From positions 96,001 to 160,000 of the forward strand of contig JBDRRF010000051.1 of NCBI GenBank assembly GCA_043825875.1: a DNA stretch of 64,000 bases, written 5' to 3'. This DNA is from Pseudomonadota bacterium. Its GTDB lineage: Bacteria; Desulfobacterota; Desulfobacteria; Desulfobacterales; RPRI01. The notes under the pieces were generated by a model that worked only from the letters and a program-made list of their open reading frames with translations, was not told the DNA's origin and searched no databases. Position 1 is the stretch's first letter; each line of letters begins with the position of its first letter. Made by a program: the position numbers and the translations under genes. Below are positions 28,434-39,045 of the stretch, piece by piece.

Positions 28434-29255
28434 ATGGCAAATAACATAAAAAAACATGCCCGATATTTTCTACCTATTTTTATTTTAATTTTCACTTGTG
28501 GATTACTATCCTGTACATATTATTCCCGTCGTTTGATTTTTCAGCCTTACAAGATATATCCTATTCCGAAATTTTCCGATAGTGTAAAGCATTTGGATCG
28601 GTTCTGGATAAAAACGGAACAGGGCAATGTGGAAGGCTGGATTCTAAAAGGTGATGGTGTCAATGAGAAACAGCCCGGCCCTTCGGTAATTATAGCTCAT
28701 GGCAATCGTGAATTGATAGATTATTATTTGGATCGTGTCAAAGCATATCAACAGATGGGTTATACGGTGCTATTGGGTGAGTACCGTGGCTATGGCCGGA
28801 GTGCCGGATCACCGACAAGAGAAAGGATTGCCGCGGATTATAAGAAATTTTATGATTATCTAGCTTCACTTCCGTTTGTAGATAACAAGCGTATTGTTTT
28901 TCATGGGCGTTCACTGGGAGGCAGCGTTTTAAGTGAGCTTTCAAGAGAAAGAACTGCTGCTGCCATAATTGTGGAATCGTCATTTACATCGATAAAAGAT
29001 ATAAGCGGGGCTCCTGATTTTCTTATTTCAGATAACTATGACACAGTATCGGCTCTTTCTGACTATAAAGGCCCGGTTTTAATCATTCATGGAATTAAAG
29101 ACGATGTGATATCCGTAAAATATGCCCGTGAAATGAATAAAAGTATTCCGCAGGCCAAATTGATCCTTTATGAATTCGGACATAGCGATGGGCCACCGAA
29201 TTGGGAAAAGTACTGGCAGGATATCACTGAATTTCTACAAGCTATCTCAAAATAA
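28434..29255 (+). CDS. Alpha/beta hydrolase
   Basis: HGNRE, EYRGYGRSAG, GRSLGG, IHGIKD, GH. Confidence 0.85.
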   Translation: MANNIKKHARYFLPIFILIFTCGLLSCTYYSRRLIFQPYKIYPIPKFSDSVKHLDRFWIKTEQGNVEGWILKGDGVNEKQPGPSVIIAHGNRELIDYYLDRVKAYQQMGYTVLLGEYRGYGRSAGSPTRERIAADYKKFYDYLASLPFVDNKRIVFHGRSLGGSVLSELSRERTAAAIIVESSFTSIKDISGAPDFLISDNYDTVSALSDYKGPVLIIHGIKDDVISVKYAREMNKSIPQAKLILYEFGHSDGPPNWEKYWQDITEFLQAISK

Positions 29256-29376
29256 ATATAACATTCTGTAAACAGCAAGCCCTAAGATAATAATCCCGAT
29301 TATAAGCGATAGTATTAACTGATCAGTGCTGAATCTCATATTTGCCAATTCTTATACCAAATAGCCATCATACCGT

Positions 29377-29452
29377 GTCATTCCGAACGTATGTGAGGAA
29401 TCTTAACATTGATTTTACTGAATCTAAGATTTCTCACTTTGTTCGAAATGAC
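29377..29452. repeat. REP-like palindrome
   Basis: gtcattccgaac-gtatgtgaggaatct ... agatttctcactttgttcgaaatgac. Confidence 0.75.
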
Positions 29453-29469
29453 AAATGAGTTTTTATTCC

Positions 29470-29553
29470 TTGAACCATGAACCGTGAACCGTGAACTTTG
29501 AACCCTTCCCCTTGCACCTTAAACCGTGAACTGTGAACCGTAAACCGTGAACT
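29470..29553. repeat. Degenerate 7-bp tandem array (TGAACCG-like), about 12 units
   Basis: tgaacca-tgaaccg-tgaaccg-tgaactt-tgaaccc... Confidence 0.85.
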
Positions 29554-29560
29554 TTTCCTA

Positions 29561-30778
29561 TCATTCCCTATCCAACCCGAATTCCGCATGAAGAACACGA
29601 ACCGCAAGCTCGGCATATTTTTCTTCTATGAGACATGATATTCTGATTTCGGAAGTACTTATCAGAAGTACATTTATATTTTCTCTTGCAAGAACCGAAA
29701 ACATTCTTGCGGCTACACCGGAATGGTTCTTCATTCCAACACCTATTACAGAAACCTTGGCAACATTTTCATCAACTAATACAGCTTCGGCACCTATTTC
29801 ACTTGCAACTTTATTTTCAATCTCTACTGCCTTTTTAAAATCCGATTTGGGAACTGTAAATGTAAGATCAGTCAATTTTGCAGCACGGGTATTTTGTATT
29901 ATCATATCTACAAGTATCCCGGCATCAGCAATCGGAGAAAATATTTTTGCGGCTATACCCGGCTGATCGGGAACTTTTTTCAAAGTAATACGAGCTTCGT
30001 TTTTGCTGTGTGTAACACCGGATACGACAAGTCTTTCCATATCCGCAGATTCATTTACTACCATAGTTCCCTCCTCAAATGAAAATGATGATCTAAGATG
30101 TATAGGCACATCATATTTTTTGGCAAATTCAACGGATCTGATCTGTAAAACCTTTGCCCCAAGGCTAGACATTTCAAGCATCTCGTCATAGGATATCTTA
30201 TCAAGTTTTCTGGCCTTTTTGCATATATTGGGATCAGCAGTATATATTCCATCAACATCGGTATATATTTCGCACATATCGGCTTTAATCGCTGCAGCTA
30301 TAGCTACGGCTGTTGTATCCGAGCCTCCGCGCCCAAGAGTTGTCAGATTTCCATAAGAATCTATACCCTGAAAACCTGCAACTACTACTATCATTTTCTG
30401 ACCAAGATATTTATTGATATTATCAACATCGATTCCGGCGATTCTGGCGCTTCCAAAATCGCTGCTGGTCTTAATTTTAATTTGATGGCCGAGAAGTGAT
30501 ACGGCAGGGTAGTTCATACCCTTTAACATCATGGCAAGAATAGCAACCGTTGTTTGTTCTCCCGTGTTAAGAAGAACATCAAGCTCACGTTTATCAGGAG
30601 AATAAGAGGCCTGATTCGCCAGATTAATAAGATTGTCGGTAACCCCTGACATCGCTGAAAGGATTACTACTACGTCGTTTTTTCCATCAAAGGTCTTTGA
30701 TACGCGCATCGCCACATTGCGTATACGTTCAATATCACCTACCGATGTTCCACCATATTTTTGTACAATTAAACTCAT
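29561..30778 (-). CDS. lysC: Aspartate kinase
   Basis: VQKYGGTSV, TLGRGGSDTT, TDVDG, two ACT domains. Confidence 0.96.
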   Translation of the reverse strand: MSLIVQKYGGTSVGDIERIRNVAMRVSKTFDGKNDVVVILSAMSGVTDNLINLANQASYSPDKRELDVLLNTGEQTTVAILAMMLKGMNYPAVSLLGHQIKIKTSSDFGSARIAGIDVDNINKYLGQKMIVVVAGFQGIDSYGNLTTLGRGGSDTTAVAIAAAIKADMCEIYTDVDGIYTADPNICKKARKLDKISYDEMLEMSSLGAKVLQIRSVEFAKKYDVPIHLRSSFSFEEGTMVVNESADMERLVVSGVTHSKNEARITLKKVPDQPGIAAKIFSPIADAGILVDMIIQNTRAAKLTDLTFTVPKSDFKKAVEIENKVASEIGAEAVLVDENVAKVSVIGVGMKNHSGVAARMFSVLARENINVLLISTSEIRISCLIEEKYAELAVRVLHAEFGLDRE

Positions 30779-30785
30779 TTTATCC

Positions 30786-31265
30786 TCATAAATCGTTTAT
30801 AAGACCGGCGGCATCACCTCCGTGGGCGGTTATATGAATTTTTCTTATATCATCGCCCGTTATTTCAAAGTGAATTGCCAAATATTTATCCAGAAAATCA
30901 TTTTTTAATAAGTCGGGCCATTCAATAGCAAAAACTCCGAATCTGTCAAGTATTTCATAAAGCCCTGTATCAAAAATATCGTCTTCATCTGCTAAGCGGT
31001 ATAAATCAATATGAAAAAGGGGGATACGCCCCGGATATTCATGAATTATAGAGTAAGTCGGGCTTGTAATATAAAATTTATCCGGAACTTCAAGTCCTTT
31101 GGCAAAACCCTGAACAAAAGATGTTTTTCCGCTACCAAGCTCTCCTGTCAATGCAAGTATGATTTTATCTTTAATTTTTTTGCCTATTGTTTCTCCCAGA
31201 TTTTGAGTTTCCTCACAGGAATTTGTAATAGTATCTGCAATCAGATTATCACCGTTCATGTTCAT
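30786..31265 (-). CDS. tsaE: tRNA t6A biosynthesis ATPase
   Basis: GELGSGKT, ITSPTY, HIDLYRL, IEW. Confidence 0.95.
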   Translation of the reverse strand: MNMNGDNLIADTITNSCEETQNLGETIGKKIKDKIILALTGELGSGKTSFVQGFAKGLEVPDKFYITSPTYSIIHEYPGRIPLFHIDLYRLADEDDIFDTGLYEILDRFGVFAIEWPDLLKNDFLDKYLAIHFEITGDDIRKIHITAHGGDAAGLINDL

Positions 31266-31290
31266 ACTGTAGCCTTTTTCATAAATCTTC

Positions 31291-32844
31291 TTAAATTCCT
31301 TTAGTATGAACTCCTATTTGTTCGGGTAGTATTTTTAACATATCGGATGCGATATAACCAAAAGGCCCCATGCTTTCAAAAAGAGCATCTCCGGTAGCCC
31401 CGTGAAGATAAACACCCAACTTTACAGCATCTTTAGCCGAATAATTCTGGGCTAAAAAGCCTGTAATAATACCGGTTAAAATATCTCCCATTCCACCGGA
31501 TGCCATACCCGAATTTCCGGTTGAATTTATAAAAACTCTGCCATCCGGATGTGCAATTACAGTTCCGGCTCCTTTTAATACCAGATGAACGTTAAACTCT
31601 GTAGCAAATTCGCGGGCACAGGCAACCCTGTTTTTCTGAATCTGTGAAACGGTTTTACCTGTGAGTCTTGACATCTCCCCTGGATGAGGAGTTAAAACAA
31701 CCGGAGTCTTAAGTTTTTTAAGTACAGATGTTTCTTTGGCAAGAAGATTAAGAGCGTCCGCATCAATAACAACCGGAACCTCTATTTCATGAAGTAATCT
31801 GATAACAAGTTTTTTGGTAGAAGGATCGGTTCCAAGACCAGGGCCGATAGCAATACATTTCTTACCGGAAATATTGTGCATAACTGCATCAAAGGATGAT
31901 TCGGAAAGAAATCCCTCGGAATTCTCCGAAAGGGCACAGGACATAACTTCAAGAGTTGTGGATTCAATTGCACTATGAAGGCTTTTGGGTACACCGAGAG
32001 TCACAAGTCCGGCGCCTGATCTCATTGCAGCCATAGCAGTCATAGCTGCCGCTCCGGTTTTTCCTGGAGAGCCGCCAATAATAAAAACATGGCCTGTACT
32101 TCCTTTATGAACATCTTTTATTCTCGGTTTTAAAATAGTATTTATCTTTTCATGTGTAAGCAAATACTGTTTCGGCCCTATTTTATCGGCAATAAAACTA
32201 GGAATACCAATATCTATGATTTCAACTTCACCGCTATGGTGAGCACCGGGATATATATAATGTCCCAATTTGGCATATCCGAAAGTTGCTGTTACAACAG
32301 CATGAATACATTCACCATGTATCTGGCCATTGTCAGAATCGATTCCGGAAGCAATGTCAACAGCAAACACTGGTTTTTTAAGACTGTTTATAAACCCTAT
32401 CACATCTTTAATATATCCTTTAATATCGGATTTCAGACCCGTTCCGAATATCGCATCAACCCATACATCTTTGTGACGCATGGAATTTTGGTTCACAACA
32501 AATGCCTCATTGTCTGTAATCTCAATAAAAGGAATGCCCAGCGGGTATAGTAATTCAAGATTTGCAAGAGCATCCCCTTTTACAAGCGATGCCTTTGACA
32601 AAAGGTATACACTTACGTCAAAGCCTTTTTGCAAAAGCCGTCTTGCTATAACAAAGCCATCACCACCGTTATTTCCGCGCCCGGCTATAATCCCGACTTT
32701 TTCGCTGCCCTTGATGCAGATTTTATCAAGAAGTACTTGCGTTGCACCGCACCCGGCATTTTCCATGAGCACTCTGCCGGGAAGTCCAAAATCTATAGTA
32801 CTTTTATCCATCTGCTGCATTTCACTTGCTGTTGTTAAATACAT
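31291..32844 (-). CDS. nnr: Bifunctional NAD(P)H-hydrate epimerase/dehydratase
   Basis: LMENAG, GNNGGDG, HKGSTG, LTPHPGE, GGMGD. Confidence 0.93.
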   Translation of the reverse strand: MYLTTASEMQQMDKSTIDFGLPGRVLMENAGCGATQVLLDKICIKGSEKVGIIAGRGNNGGDGFVIARRLLQKGFDVSVYLLSKASLVKGDALANLELLYPLGIPFIEITDNEAFVVNQNSMRHKDVWVDAIFGTGLKSDIKGYIKDVIGFINSLKKPVFAVDIASGIDSDNGQIHGECIHAVVTATFGYAKLGHYIYPGAHHSGEVEIIDIGIPSFIADKIGPKQYLLTHEKINTILKPRIKDVHKGSTGHVFIIGGSPGKTGAAAMTAMAAMRSGAGLVTLGVPKSLHSAIESTTLEVMSCALSENSEGFLSESSFDAVMHNISGKKCIAIGPGLGTDPSTKKLVIRLLHEIEVPVVIDADALNLLAKETSVLKKLKTPVVLTPHPGEMSRLTGKTVSQIQKNRVACAREFATEFNVHLVLKGAGTVIAHPDGRVFINSTGNSGMASGGMGDILTGIITGFLAQNYSAKDAVKLGVYLHGATGDALFESMGPFGYIASDMLKILPEQIGVHTKGI

Positions 32845-32866
32845 TTTAGCTCCAAAGATACTGACT

Positions 32867-34021
32867 TTACATTTTTCTCTTGTCGTTGAATATATGATTC
32901 GATATTACTACTTTCTGGATTTCCGATGTTCCCTCGTAGATTGTAAATACTCTTGCATCCCTATAGAATCTTTCAACCGGATATTCTTTAATAAAGCCAT
33001 AGCCTCCGTGCATCTGCAATGCCTTTGCCGTAACGCGGTTTACCATTTCGGAGGCAAATAACTTTGCCATAGAAGCCTGAAGAGTATAGTTTTCACCTTT
33101 GTCTTTTATGGCTGCTGCCGAATACATTAACTGGCGCGCGGCTTCAACTTCGGTTGCCATTTCAGCAACCATCCACCGAAGGCCCTGAAATTTCGATATA
33201 GTCTGCCCGAACTGTTCACGTTGGGTTGCATACTTCACTGCTGCATCAAGCGCTGCCTGTGCTACACCGACTGATTGGGCCGCAATTCCAATTCTGCCAC
33301 CATCTAAAGCCGACATTGCTATTTTAAAGCCATCCCCTTCATTACCAAGAAGATCACTCTTATGTACCCGGCAATTTTCAAATATAAGATCGCAGGTATC
33401 GGAACCGCGAAGTCCCATTTTGTCTTCTACTTTTCCTACCAAAAATCCAGGAGTATTCTTGGCCACAATAAATGCACTTATGCCCTTGTGCTTTTTTGCT
33501 GGATCAGTATTTGCGGTAACTATTGTAAGTCCTGCGTTTTTCCCGGTTGTTATAAAGCGTTTGGTACCGTTTAATAAATAATAATCGCCTTTTTTTTCAG
33601 CCGAAGTCTTCTGGCTTACCGGATCGGAGCCTGCCTGCGGTTCAGTCATGGCAAAAGCACCAATCATTTTTCCTGATGCAAGAGATTTTAAATACCTTAT
33701 CTTCTGGTCATCAGTCCCGTAACGCATTATGCTTTCGCATACTATGGAATTATGAACAGACATCACAACAGCGGTTGAAGCACACGAGTATGCAATTTCG
33801 GAAAGGGCAAGGACATAGCTTATAGTATCAGTGCCCGAACCTCCGTATTCGGGAGGAATCATCATACCCATAAGCCCGAGCTCAGCCATTTTTTCAAAGT
33901 TTTCAGCCGGAAACTCCTTGCTCAGATCACGCTCCATAGCTGTAGCAGCAACAAATTTGCGGGAAAACTCCCTTACCATGTCACGGATCATCAACTGTTC
34001 ATCAGTAAGATAAAACGGCAT
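32867..34021 (-). CDS. Acyl-CoA dehydrogenase (butyryl-CoA dehydrogenase-like)
   Basis: AMTEPQAGSD, KMGLRGS, QMHGGYG, IYEGTSEIQ. Confidence 0.92.
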   Translation of the reverse strand: MPFYLTDEQLMIRDMVREFSRKFVAATAMERDLSKEFPAENFEKMAELGLMGMMIPPEYGGSGTDTISYVLALSEIAYSCASTAVVMSVHNSIVCESIMRYGTDDQKIRYLKSLASGKMIGAFAMTEPQAGSDPVSQKTSAEKKGDYYLLNGTKRFITTGKNAGLTIVTANTDPAKKHKGISAFIVAKNTPGFLVGKVEDKMGLRGSDTCDLIFENCRVHKSDLLGNEGDGFKIAMSALDGGRIGIAAQSVGVAQAALDAAVKYATQREQFGQTISKFQGLRWMVAEMATEVEAARQLMYSAAAIKDKGENYTLQASMAKLFASEMVNRVTAKALQMHGGYGFIKEYPVERFYRDARVFTIYEGTSEIQKVVISNHIFNDKRKM

Positions 34022-34067
34022 TTTATTTCTCTTTAAATATAAGTTTTTCCCAATTGCTTGGGAAAAA

Positions 34068-34392
34068 GGGGTCCAGGATTCGAGGGGTCAAGGGTTCAAG
34101 GGTTGTTTCTCTCACAAACCCATTTTCAATACTACAATATGTAGAGAGACCCGTAACTCTTATTTTGAAAATTGCTTTTGTTGCCATAGTGAACATCTAC
34201 TTTCCCCCTCTCCCTTGTGTGAGAGGGCCAGGGTGAGGGGGAAATAATAAGGTGGATCATTCTTTCTTTCACCCCCACCCTAAACCTCCCCCATCGATGG
34301 GGAGGGAATTTAAAGCCGATATCTGCTACTTTAATTTTTTGCTTTTTTTGCGCTTCACTCGAATCCTTGAATCCTTGACCCCTCGAACCCTT
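34068..34392. repeat. Nested repeat block: octamer arms enclosing a CCCCTCTCCC/GGGTGAGGG REP-like element
   Basis: Octamer arms about 34068-34104 and 34358-34392; inner element about 34204-34307. Confidence 0.7.
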
Positions 34393-34429
34393 ATAGCATC
34401 ATCAATTCTTTTAAAGAAGATCCTAACTC

Positions 34430-34984
34430 TCACGGGCTGTAAATAACTACAATAAGCTCGGCAATTTTCTTACCGATATTTTTCAGCATATGCCTGATCC
34501 CGGAATTAAAATGGAGTGAATCACCCTCTGAAAGTTTGTTTATATGTTCTCCTACAGTCACCTCCACTTTTCCTTTAAGCACATACACAAATTCTTCACC
34601 TTCATGATTATACCCTACGCCTTTATGCTCCTGCAATGGCTCAATAGTTACCTTAAAGGCTTTTAAATGCTTTTTTTCCGCTCCCGGTGTAAGAGTGTTA
34701 TAAGCGTAATTTTCCGTTCGCTTGGTATAGTCTTTACTACGTTTTTTTAAAGCCGATTCCTGCTCTTTAAGAAAAAACCCCGAATCTATTTCAAGAGCTT
34801 TTGCAATCTGGAGAAGTGCTCCGACAGGAGGAAACACGCTACCTGCCTCAATATCTTTAAGATAATCTATTGAAAAACCAGTTTCATTTGCTATCCGGTC
34901 AAGAGCAACCTTTTTTTGGGTTCTGATTTTCTGGATTTTCTTTCCTACCCCAACAATGGAATCGGCTTTTTTTTTCACCATCAC
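34430..34984 (-). CDS. XRE-family HTH plus cupin transcriptional regulator
   Basis: N-terminal HTH; HEGEEFVYVLKG, GDSLHFNS. Confidence 0.88.
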   Translation of the reverse strand: MMVKKKADSIVGVGKKIQKIRTQKKVALDRIANETGFSIDYLKDIEAGSVFPPVGALLQIAKALEIDSGFFLKEQESALKKRSKDYTKRTENYAYNTLTPGAEKKHLKAFKVTIEPLQEHKGVGYNHEGEEFVYVLKGKVEVTVGEHINKLSEGDSLHFNSGIRHMLKNIGKKIAELIVVIYSP

Positions 34985-34996
34985 ATAACCTCTATT

Positions 34997-35139
34997 TAGT
35001 GTCTGAAAGAAAACTAGGAATTTTAGTTGAGACCAAGGCGAGCGAAAATTTTAACCGCAGGAATATGTAGAATATTTCGAGGATTAAAATTTGAGCTTAA
35101 CGCAGATATCGGCTAAAAAGACAGTTTTCTTAGACACTA
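34997..35139. repeat. Diverged third member of the 142-bp element family
   Basis: Shared core aaattttaaccgcaggaata...gaggattaaaattt...aacgcaga; own TIR tagtgtct/agacacta. Confidence 0.8.
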
Positions 35140-35988
35140 TTTGTATTCGTAAAAACCCCGCCCCGTCTTTTTCCCAAGCCATCCTGCTTCTACATATTTT
35201 CGAAGCAGCGGACATGGCCTGTATTTAGAGTCTTTGAATCCGTCATACATTGTTTCCATAATAGCAAGACAGGTATCAAGTCCAATAAGATCGGCAAGGG
35301 CAAGAGGGCCCATTGGATGATTCATCCCAAGTTTCATAACAGTGTCGATATCTTCTTTTTTTCCCACTCCATGATAAAGGCAGAATATAGCTTCATTTAT
35401 CATGGGCATAAGAATCCTGTTCGCAATAAATCCCGGAAAATCTTCTGAAGCAGCCGGAGTTTTGCCGAACTTGATCGAAAGATCCCATGTTGTTTTATAA
35501 GTCTCATCGGATGTTGCGATTCCGCGTATTACCTCAACAAGCTTCATTACAGGCACTGGATTCATAAAATGCATCCCGATTACTTTGTCCGGTCTTTTTG
35601 TCTGGGATGCTATACGTCCTATCGGAATTGAAGAAGTGTTTGTTGAAAGAATTATATTTGCAGGACATATCTTATCAAGGTCTTTAAATATCTGAAATTT
35701 TAAAGTCTCGTTTTCCGTAGCAGCTTCCACAACAAAATCTGCGTCTGCCATATCTTTAAGATCTGTACTCGTTTTAATGCGTTTTAAAACAGCATCTTTT
35801 TCTTCAGCAGTCATCTTTCCCTTGTCAACACTTCGGGAAAGGTTTTTTGTAATTGTAGCAAGCCCGCGCTGCACAAATTCATCTTTTATATCATTCATTA
35901 TAATTTCAACACCGCTCATTGCAGCAACCTGAGCAATACCGTTTCCCATCTGACCTGCTCCGATAACACCAAATTTTTTAATTTCCAT
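35137..35988 (-). CDS. hbd: 3-hydroxybutyryl-CoA dehydrogenase
   Basis: GAGQMGNG, NTSS, GMHFMNP, HPMGPL. Confidence 0.93.
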   Translation of the reverse strand: MEIKKFGVIGAGQMGNGIAQVAAMSGVEIIMNDIKDEFVQRGLATITKNLSRSVDKGKMTAEEKDAVLKRIKTSTDLKDMADADFVVEAATENETLKFQIFKDLDKICPANIILSTNTSSIPIGRIASQTKRPDKVIGMHFMNPVPVMKLVEVIRGIATSDETYKTTWDLSIKFGKTPAASEDFPGFIANRILMPMINEAIFCLYHGVGKKEDIDTVMKLGMNHPMGPLALADLIGLDTCLAIMETMYDGFKDSKYRPCPLLRKYVEAGWLGKKTGRGFYEYK

Positions 35989-36007
35989 TATTTTCTCCTT
36001 TATTCTT

Positions 36008-37180
36008 TTATCTTTTTACAACCAAAGCAACTGCTTCTCCACCGCCGAGGCACAGGGAAACAAGCCCGGTTTTCTTATCCTGTTTTATCATTTCATGCAA
36101 AAGGGTAACAAGCACACGGCATCCACTGGCTCCAATGGGATGTCCAAGAGCCACACCACCGCCGTTTACATTTACTTTAGAAGGATCCAGGTTGAGTTCG
36201 CGAAGAACTGCCACCGTTGATCCGCTGAAAGCTTCGTTTATTTCATAAAGGTCTACATCTTCTTTTGAAATACCTTCTTTTGCAAGGCACTTCGGAATAG
36301 CCCATATGGGAGCAACAAGCACATACTTCATGTCTATGCCATATGAAGCCTGGGCGCCTATCGTTGCCATGATATTGCATCCGAGTTCTTCAGCTTTGTC
36401 TCTTGACATAACTACAACGGCAGCAGCGCCATCGCTTATTATTGAAGCATTTCCGGCAGTACCAAGCCCGTCTTTTTTAAAAGCGGCTTTCATCTTTGAA
36501 AGCATTTCATAGCTCGTCTCCTGGGGGCATTCATCCGTATCGAAAATCTTAACCCCTTTTCTTGTCTTAACTTCAACAGGAACAATTTCATCCTTAAAGC
36601 GGCCTGAAGAAATTGAATGCAATGCACGTCTGTAAGATTCGTCTGCATAACGATCCTGGTCTTCCCGGCTTATGTTGTACTTTTCGGAACATAATTCATT
36701 AGACATTCCCATATGGAAATCATTTACTATATCCCACAGGCCATCGTTAATCATGTGGTCTTTTAATTTTCCTTCCCCCATACGGTACCCAAAGCGTGCC
36801 TTATCAAGATAGTATGGAGCCAAGCTCATACTTTCCATGCCTCCTGCTACAACAACTTCGGCATCTCCTGTTTGAATTGCCTGCGCCGCAAGCATCACTG
36901 TTTTTAAGGCTGAACCGCAAACCTTGTTTATGGTAATGCTTTCCGTTTCCCATGGCATATTAGCCAGCACAGCAGCCTGTTTAGCCGGATTCTGACCGTA
37001 ACCACATGGCAGTACTAATCCCATCATAACTTCATTAACATCTTTTTTGTCTATGCCAGCTCTTTTAACAGCTTCCTCAATTGCAATAGCTCCGAGCGTT
37101 GTGGCTCCTACACTTCCTAAAGACCCATTAAAACTGCCAAGAGGTGTCCTGACAGCGCTAACAATAACAGCTTCTTTCAT
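36008..37180 (-). CDS. Acetyl-CoA C-acetyltransferase (thiolase)
   Basis: NKVCGS, NEAF, GHPIGASG, CLGGG. Confidence 0.93.
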   Translation of the reverse strand: MKEAVIVSAVRTPLGSFNGSLGSVGATTLGAIAIEEAVKRAGIDKKDVNEVMMGLVLPCGYGQNPAKQAAVLANMPWETESITINKVCGSALKTVMLAAQAIQTGDAEVVVAGGMESMSLAPYYLDKARFGYRMGEGKLKDHMINDGLWDIVNDFHMGMSNELCSEKYNISREDQDRYADESYRRALHSISSGRFKDEIVPVEVKTRKGVKIFDTDECPQETSYEMLSKMKAAFKKDGLGTAGNASIISDGAAAVVVMSRDKAEELGCNIMATIGAQASYGIDMKYVLVAPIWAIPKCLAKEGISKEDVDLYEINEAFSGSTVAVLRELNLDPSKVNVNGGGVALGHPIGASGCRVLVTLLHEMIKQDKKTGLVSLCLGGGEAVALVVKR

Positions 37181-37247
37181 GTTTTCTCCCTTATTCAAAG
37201 TTTACGGTTACAAATTTTGATAGTATCGCTTTGCCAGTATATCGACA

Positions 37248-37619
37248 CTATGAAAGCTCCTTTATCATTTTTTTGATTGCATTGGAAAGAGGCTTCAATT
37301 CGTGACAAATTATCCAAAACACTTGTTCAGCATCAATATTAAAATATTGATGTGCAATTATATCTCGAAAACCTTTAATTCCTGTCCAATCTATTGCAGG
37401 ATATTTCGCAAAAAGCTCTCCATTTGTAATTTTATCTACATTTTTAAGACTTTCTCCAATAGCCATGAAAAGCATACATATCCCATCAAGCTTTTCAATT
37501 CCTTCAGGCGAATCAGTAAAATAACTCGCACTATCGATTTTTGCAGATCGGGTTAAAATCTTTTCAATCGCTTCATCTGATTGCAAAAGGATAATACGTG
37601 CTGTTTGCCTATCAAACAT
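37248..37619 (-). CDS. HEPN/DUF86 (HepT-like) RNase toxin
   Basis: RDIIAH RX4H motif; IGESLK. Confidence 0.85.
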   Translation of the reverse strand: MFDRQTARIILLQSDEAIEKILTRSAKIDSASYFTDSPEGIEKLDGICMLFMAIGESLKNVDKITNGELFAKYPAIDWTGIKGFRDIIAHQYFNIDAEQVFWIICHELKPLSNAIKKMIKELS

Positions 37620-37905
37620 AAATACCTTCTTTTTCAATTCTATCTTTCAGGTATGGATTCATCTTTTCCCATACACGCACGATATCCACTTTTTTATGAA
37701 CACGCTTTTCGATATCATCCTTAATATGCACTAAAATAAAAGGATTGGGAGTAGTAGTTTTAATACAAATATCAACATCACTACTCTCTATTATTTCATC
37801 ACGAGCAACAGAACCAAATATCCCGATGGAAAGAATCCCATATTTTTCTGCAAAATGCTTTTTATAATCCCGAAGGATGTTAAGAATATCACCTTTTTGC
37901 ATCAC
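37612..37905 (-). CDS. Minimal nucleotidyltransferase antitoxin (MntA-like)
   Basis: FGSVARD...SDVD, KVDIV. Confidence 0.88.
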   Translation of the reverse strand: MMQKGDILNILRDYKKHFAEKYGILSIGIFGSVARDEIIESSDVDICIKTTTPNPFILVHIKDDIEKRVHKKVDIVRVWEKMNPYLKDRIEKEGIYV

Positions 37906-37960
37906 TTATCCCCTATAATATCCTATTAATATTTTTCATTAGAAGATTAAGAAGAACTCG

Positions 37961-38491
37961 TCATATATTTTTCTTTTCAAATAAAACAAATAAAGCTATT
38001 GCCACAACCCAAAATATTGGGACAATTATCCACTGTGATATTCCTATTGTTTCAGGAAGCCCGATCTTTCCAAAATCTTTCCATGATAGAATCGTTGATT
38101 TAAAAAACGGGTATAGTTCTGCATATATCGCAGCTCCGGCAAGCATTCCGATTACAGCAAAAACAGCATGCCAACGTCCTTCTCCTATAGCTCCGATCGA
38201 AGTTCCAGGACAAAATCCCATTATTGCCCATCCTGTTCCAAATAGTGCACCTCCTAGTACTACAGCACCGACATTCATAGGCTTGCGACTTAATGCTATA
38301 ATACCGGCATCCGAAAGAAGAAGTATGCCTACCATCCCAACCAATATAGCAGACAACATGAATTTAAATATTGTCATATCCTTTAACAACATTGCACCAA
38401 CCTGTTTATCAAAACGAAGGACACGTCCTTTTTGCAGCAAAAATCCGAATACTACTCCGGTAATAAGCCCCAACCACTGTTCTGTGCTCAT
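37961..38491 (-). CDS. YeeE/YedE family sulfur-compound transporter half
   Basis: FGFLLQK, GWAIMGFCPGT. Confidence 0.85.
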   Translation of the reverse strand: MSTEQWLGLITGVVFGFLLQKGRVLRFDKQVGAMLLKDMTIFKFMLSAILVGMVGILLLSDAGIIALSRKPMNVGAVVLGGALFGTGWAIMGFCPGTSIGAIGEGRWHAVFAVIGMLAGAAIYAELYPFFKSTILSWKDFGKIGLPETIGISQWIIVPIFWVVAIALFVLFEKKNI

Positions 38492-39030
38492 TATGCCCTC
38501 CTTTTGTAAAACATCCCGGCCACTAAAACTCCGATAGCAAAAAACATAGCCAGAGCCACCAGTGAACTTGCCGACAACTGCATCATACCGCTAAGGCCAT
38601 GCCCGCTTGGACAGCCGCTTGCCATTCGTGCTCCAACCATGGCAATAATACCACCAAAAATGGCTCCCATAGCTCGTTTGCCTACTGATGGGCCGAAACG
38701 CTCTTTCCATCTTGGAGGAACACTTTCCATTTTAAAACTTTTATCCATTAGAGAAGAGATCAGAGCACCCAGGAAAATACCGATAACCAGCATAAACTGC
38801 CAGTCAACCTTGACTTTTGTTTTTATAAAATATTTGTTTAAAGCTACATGATCTAAAGCAATTGCTTTTTCAACAATACCGGCAGCTCTCACAAATGTAG
38901 TTGACGCCCCTAAGTAATGGGTCTTTCCAAGCAATTTTGTGGTTGCAATAACCGAAACAATAGCTAATATGCCCAACAGAGCTCCGGCCAGATATGGGCT
39001 CCATCCGCCATCATTCGTTTTAAGCTTCAT
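38491..39030 (-). CDS. YeeE/YedE family sulfur-compound transporter half
   Basis: WSPYLAG, GARMASGCPSGH. Confidence 0.85.
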   Translation of the reverse strand: MKLKTNDGGWSPYLAGALLGILAIVSVIATTKLLGKTHYLGASTTFVRAAGIVEKAIALDHVALNKYFIKTKVKVDWQFMLVIGIFLGALISSLMDKSFKMESVPPRWKERFGPSVGKRAMGAIFGGIIAMVGARMASGCPSGHGLSGMMQLSASSLVALAMFFAIGVLVAGMFYKRRA

Positions 39031-39045
39031 AAGAACCTCCTTTCT

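Noticed and set aside
29470..29553. Short repeat arrays as a possible CRISPR
   Set aside because: Units are 7-8 bp and contiguous, with no unique spacers and no cas genes
29434..29616. 60-aa ORF with SRFTVH repeats
   Set aside because: Translation of the heptamer array, not a plausible gene
32480..33061. Long antisense ORFs (also 25782-26327, 51632-52135, 63311-63931 and others)
   Set aside because: They overlap well-supported genes on the opposite strand and carry no motifs
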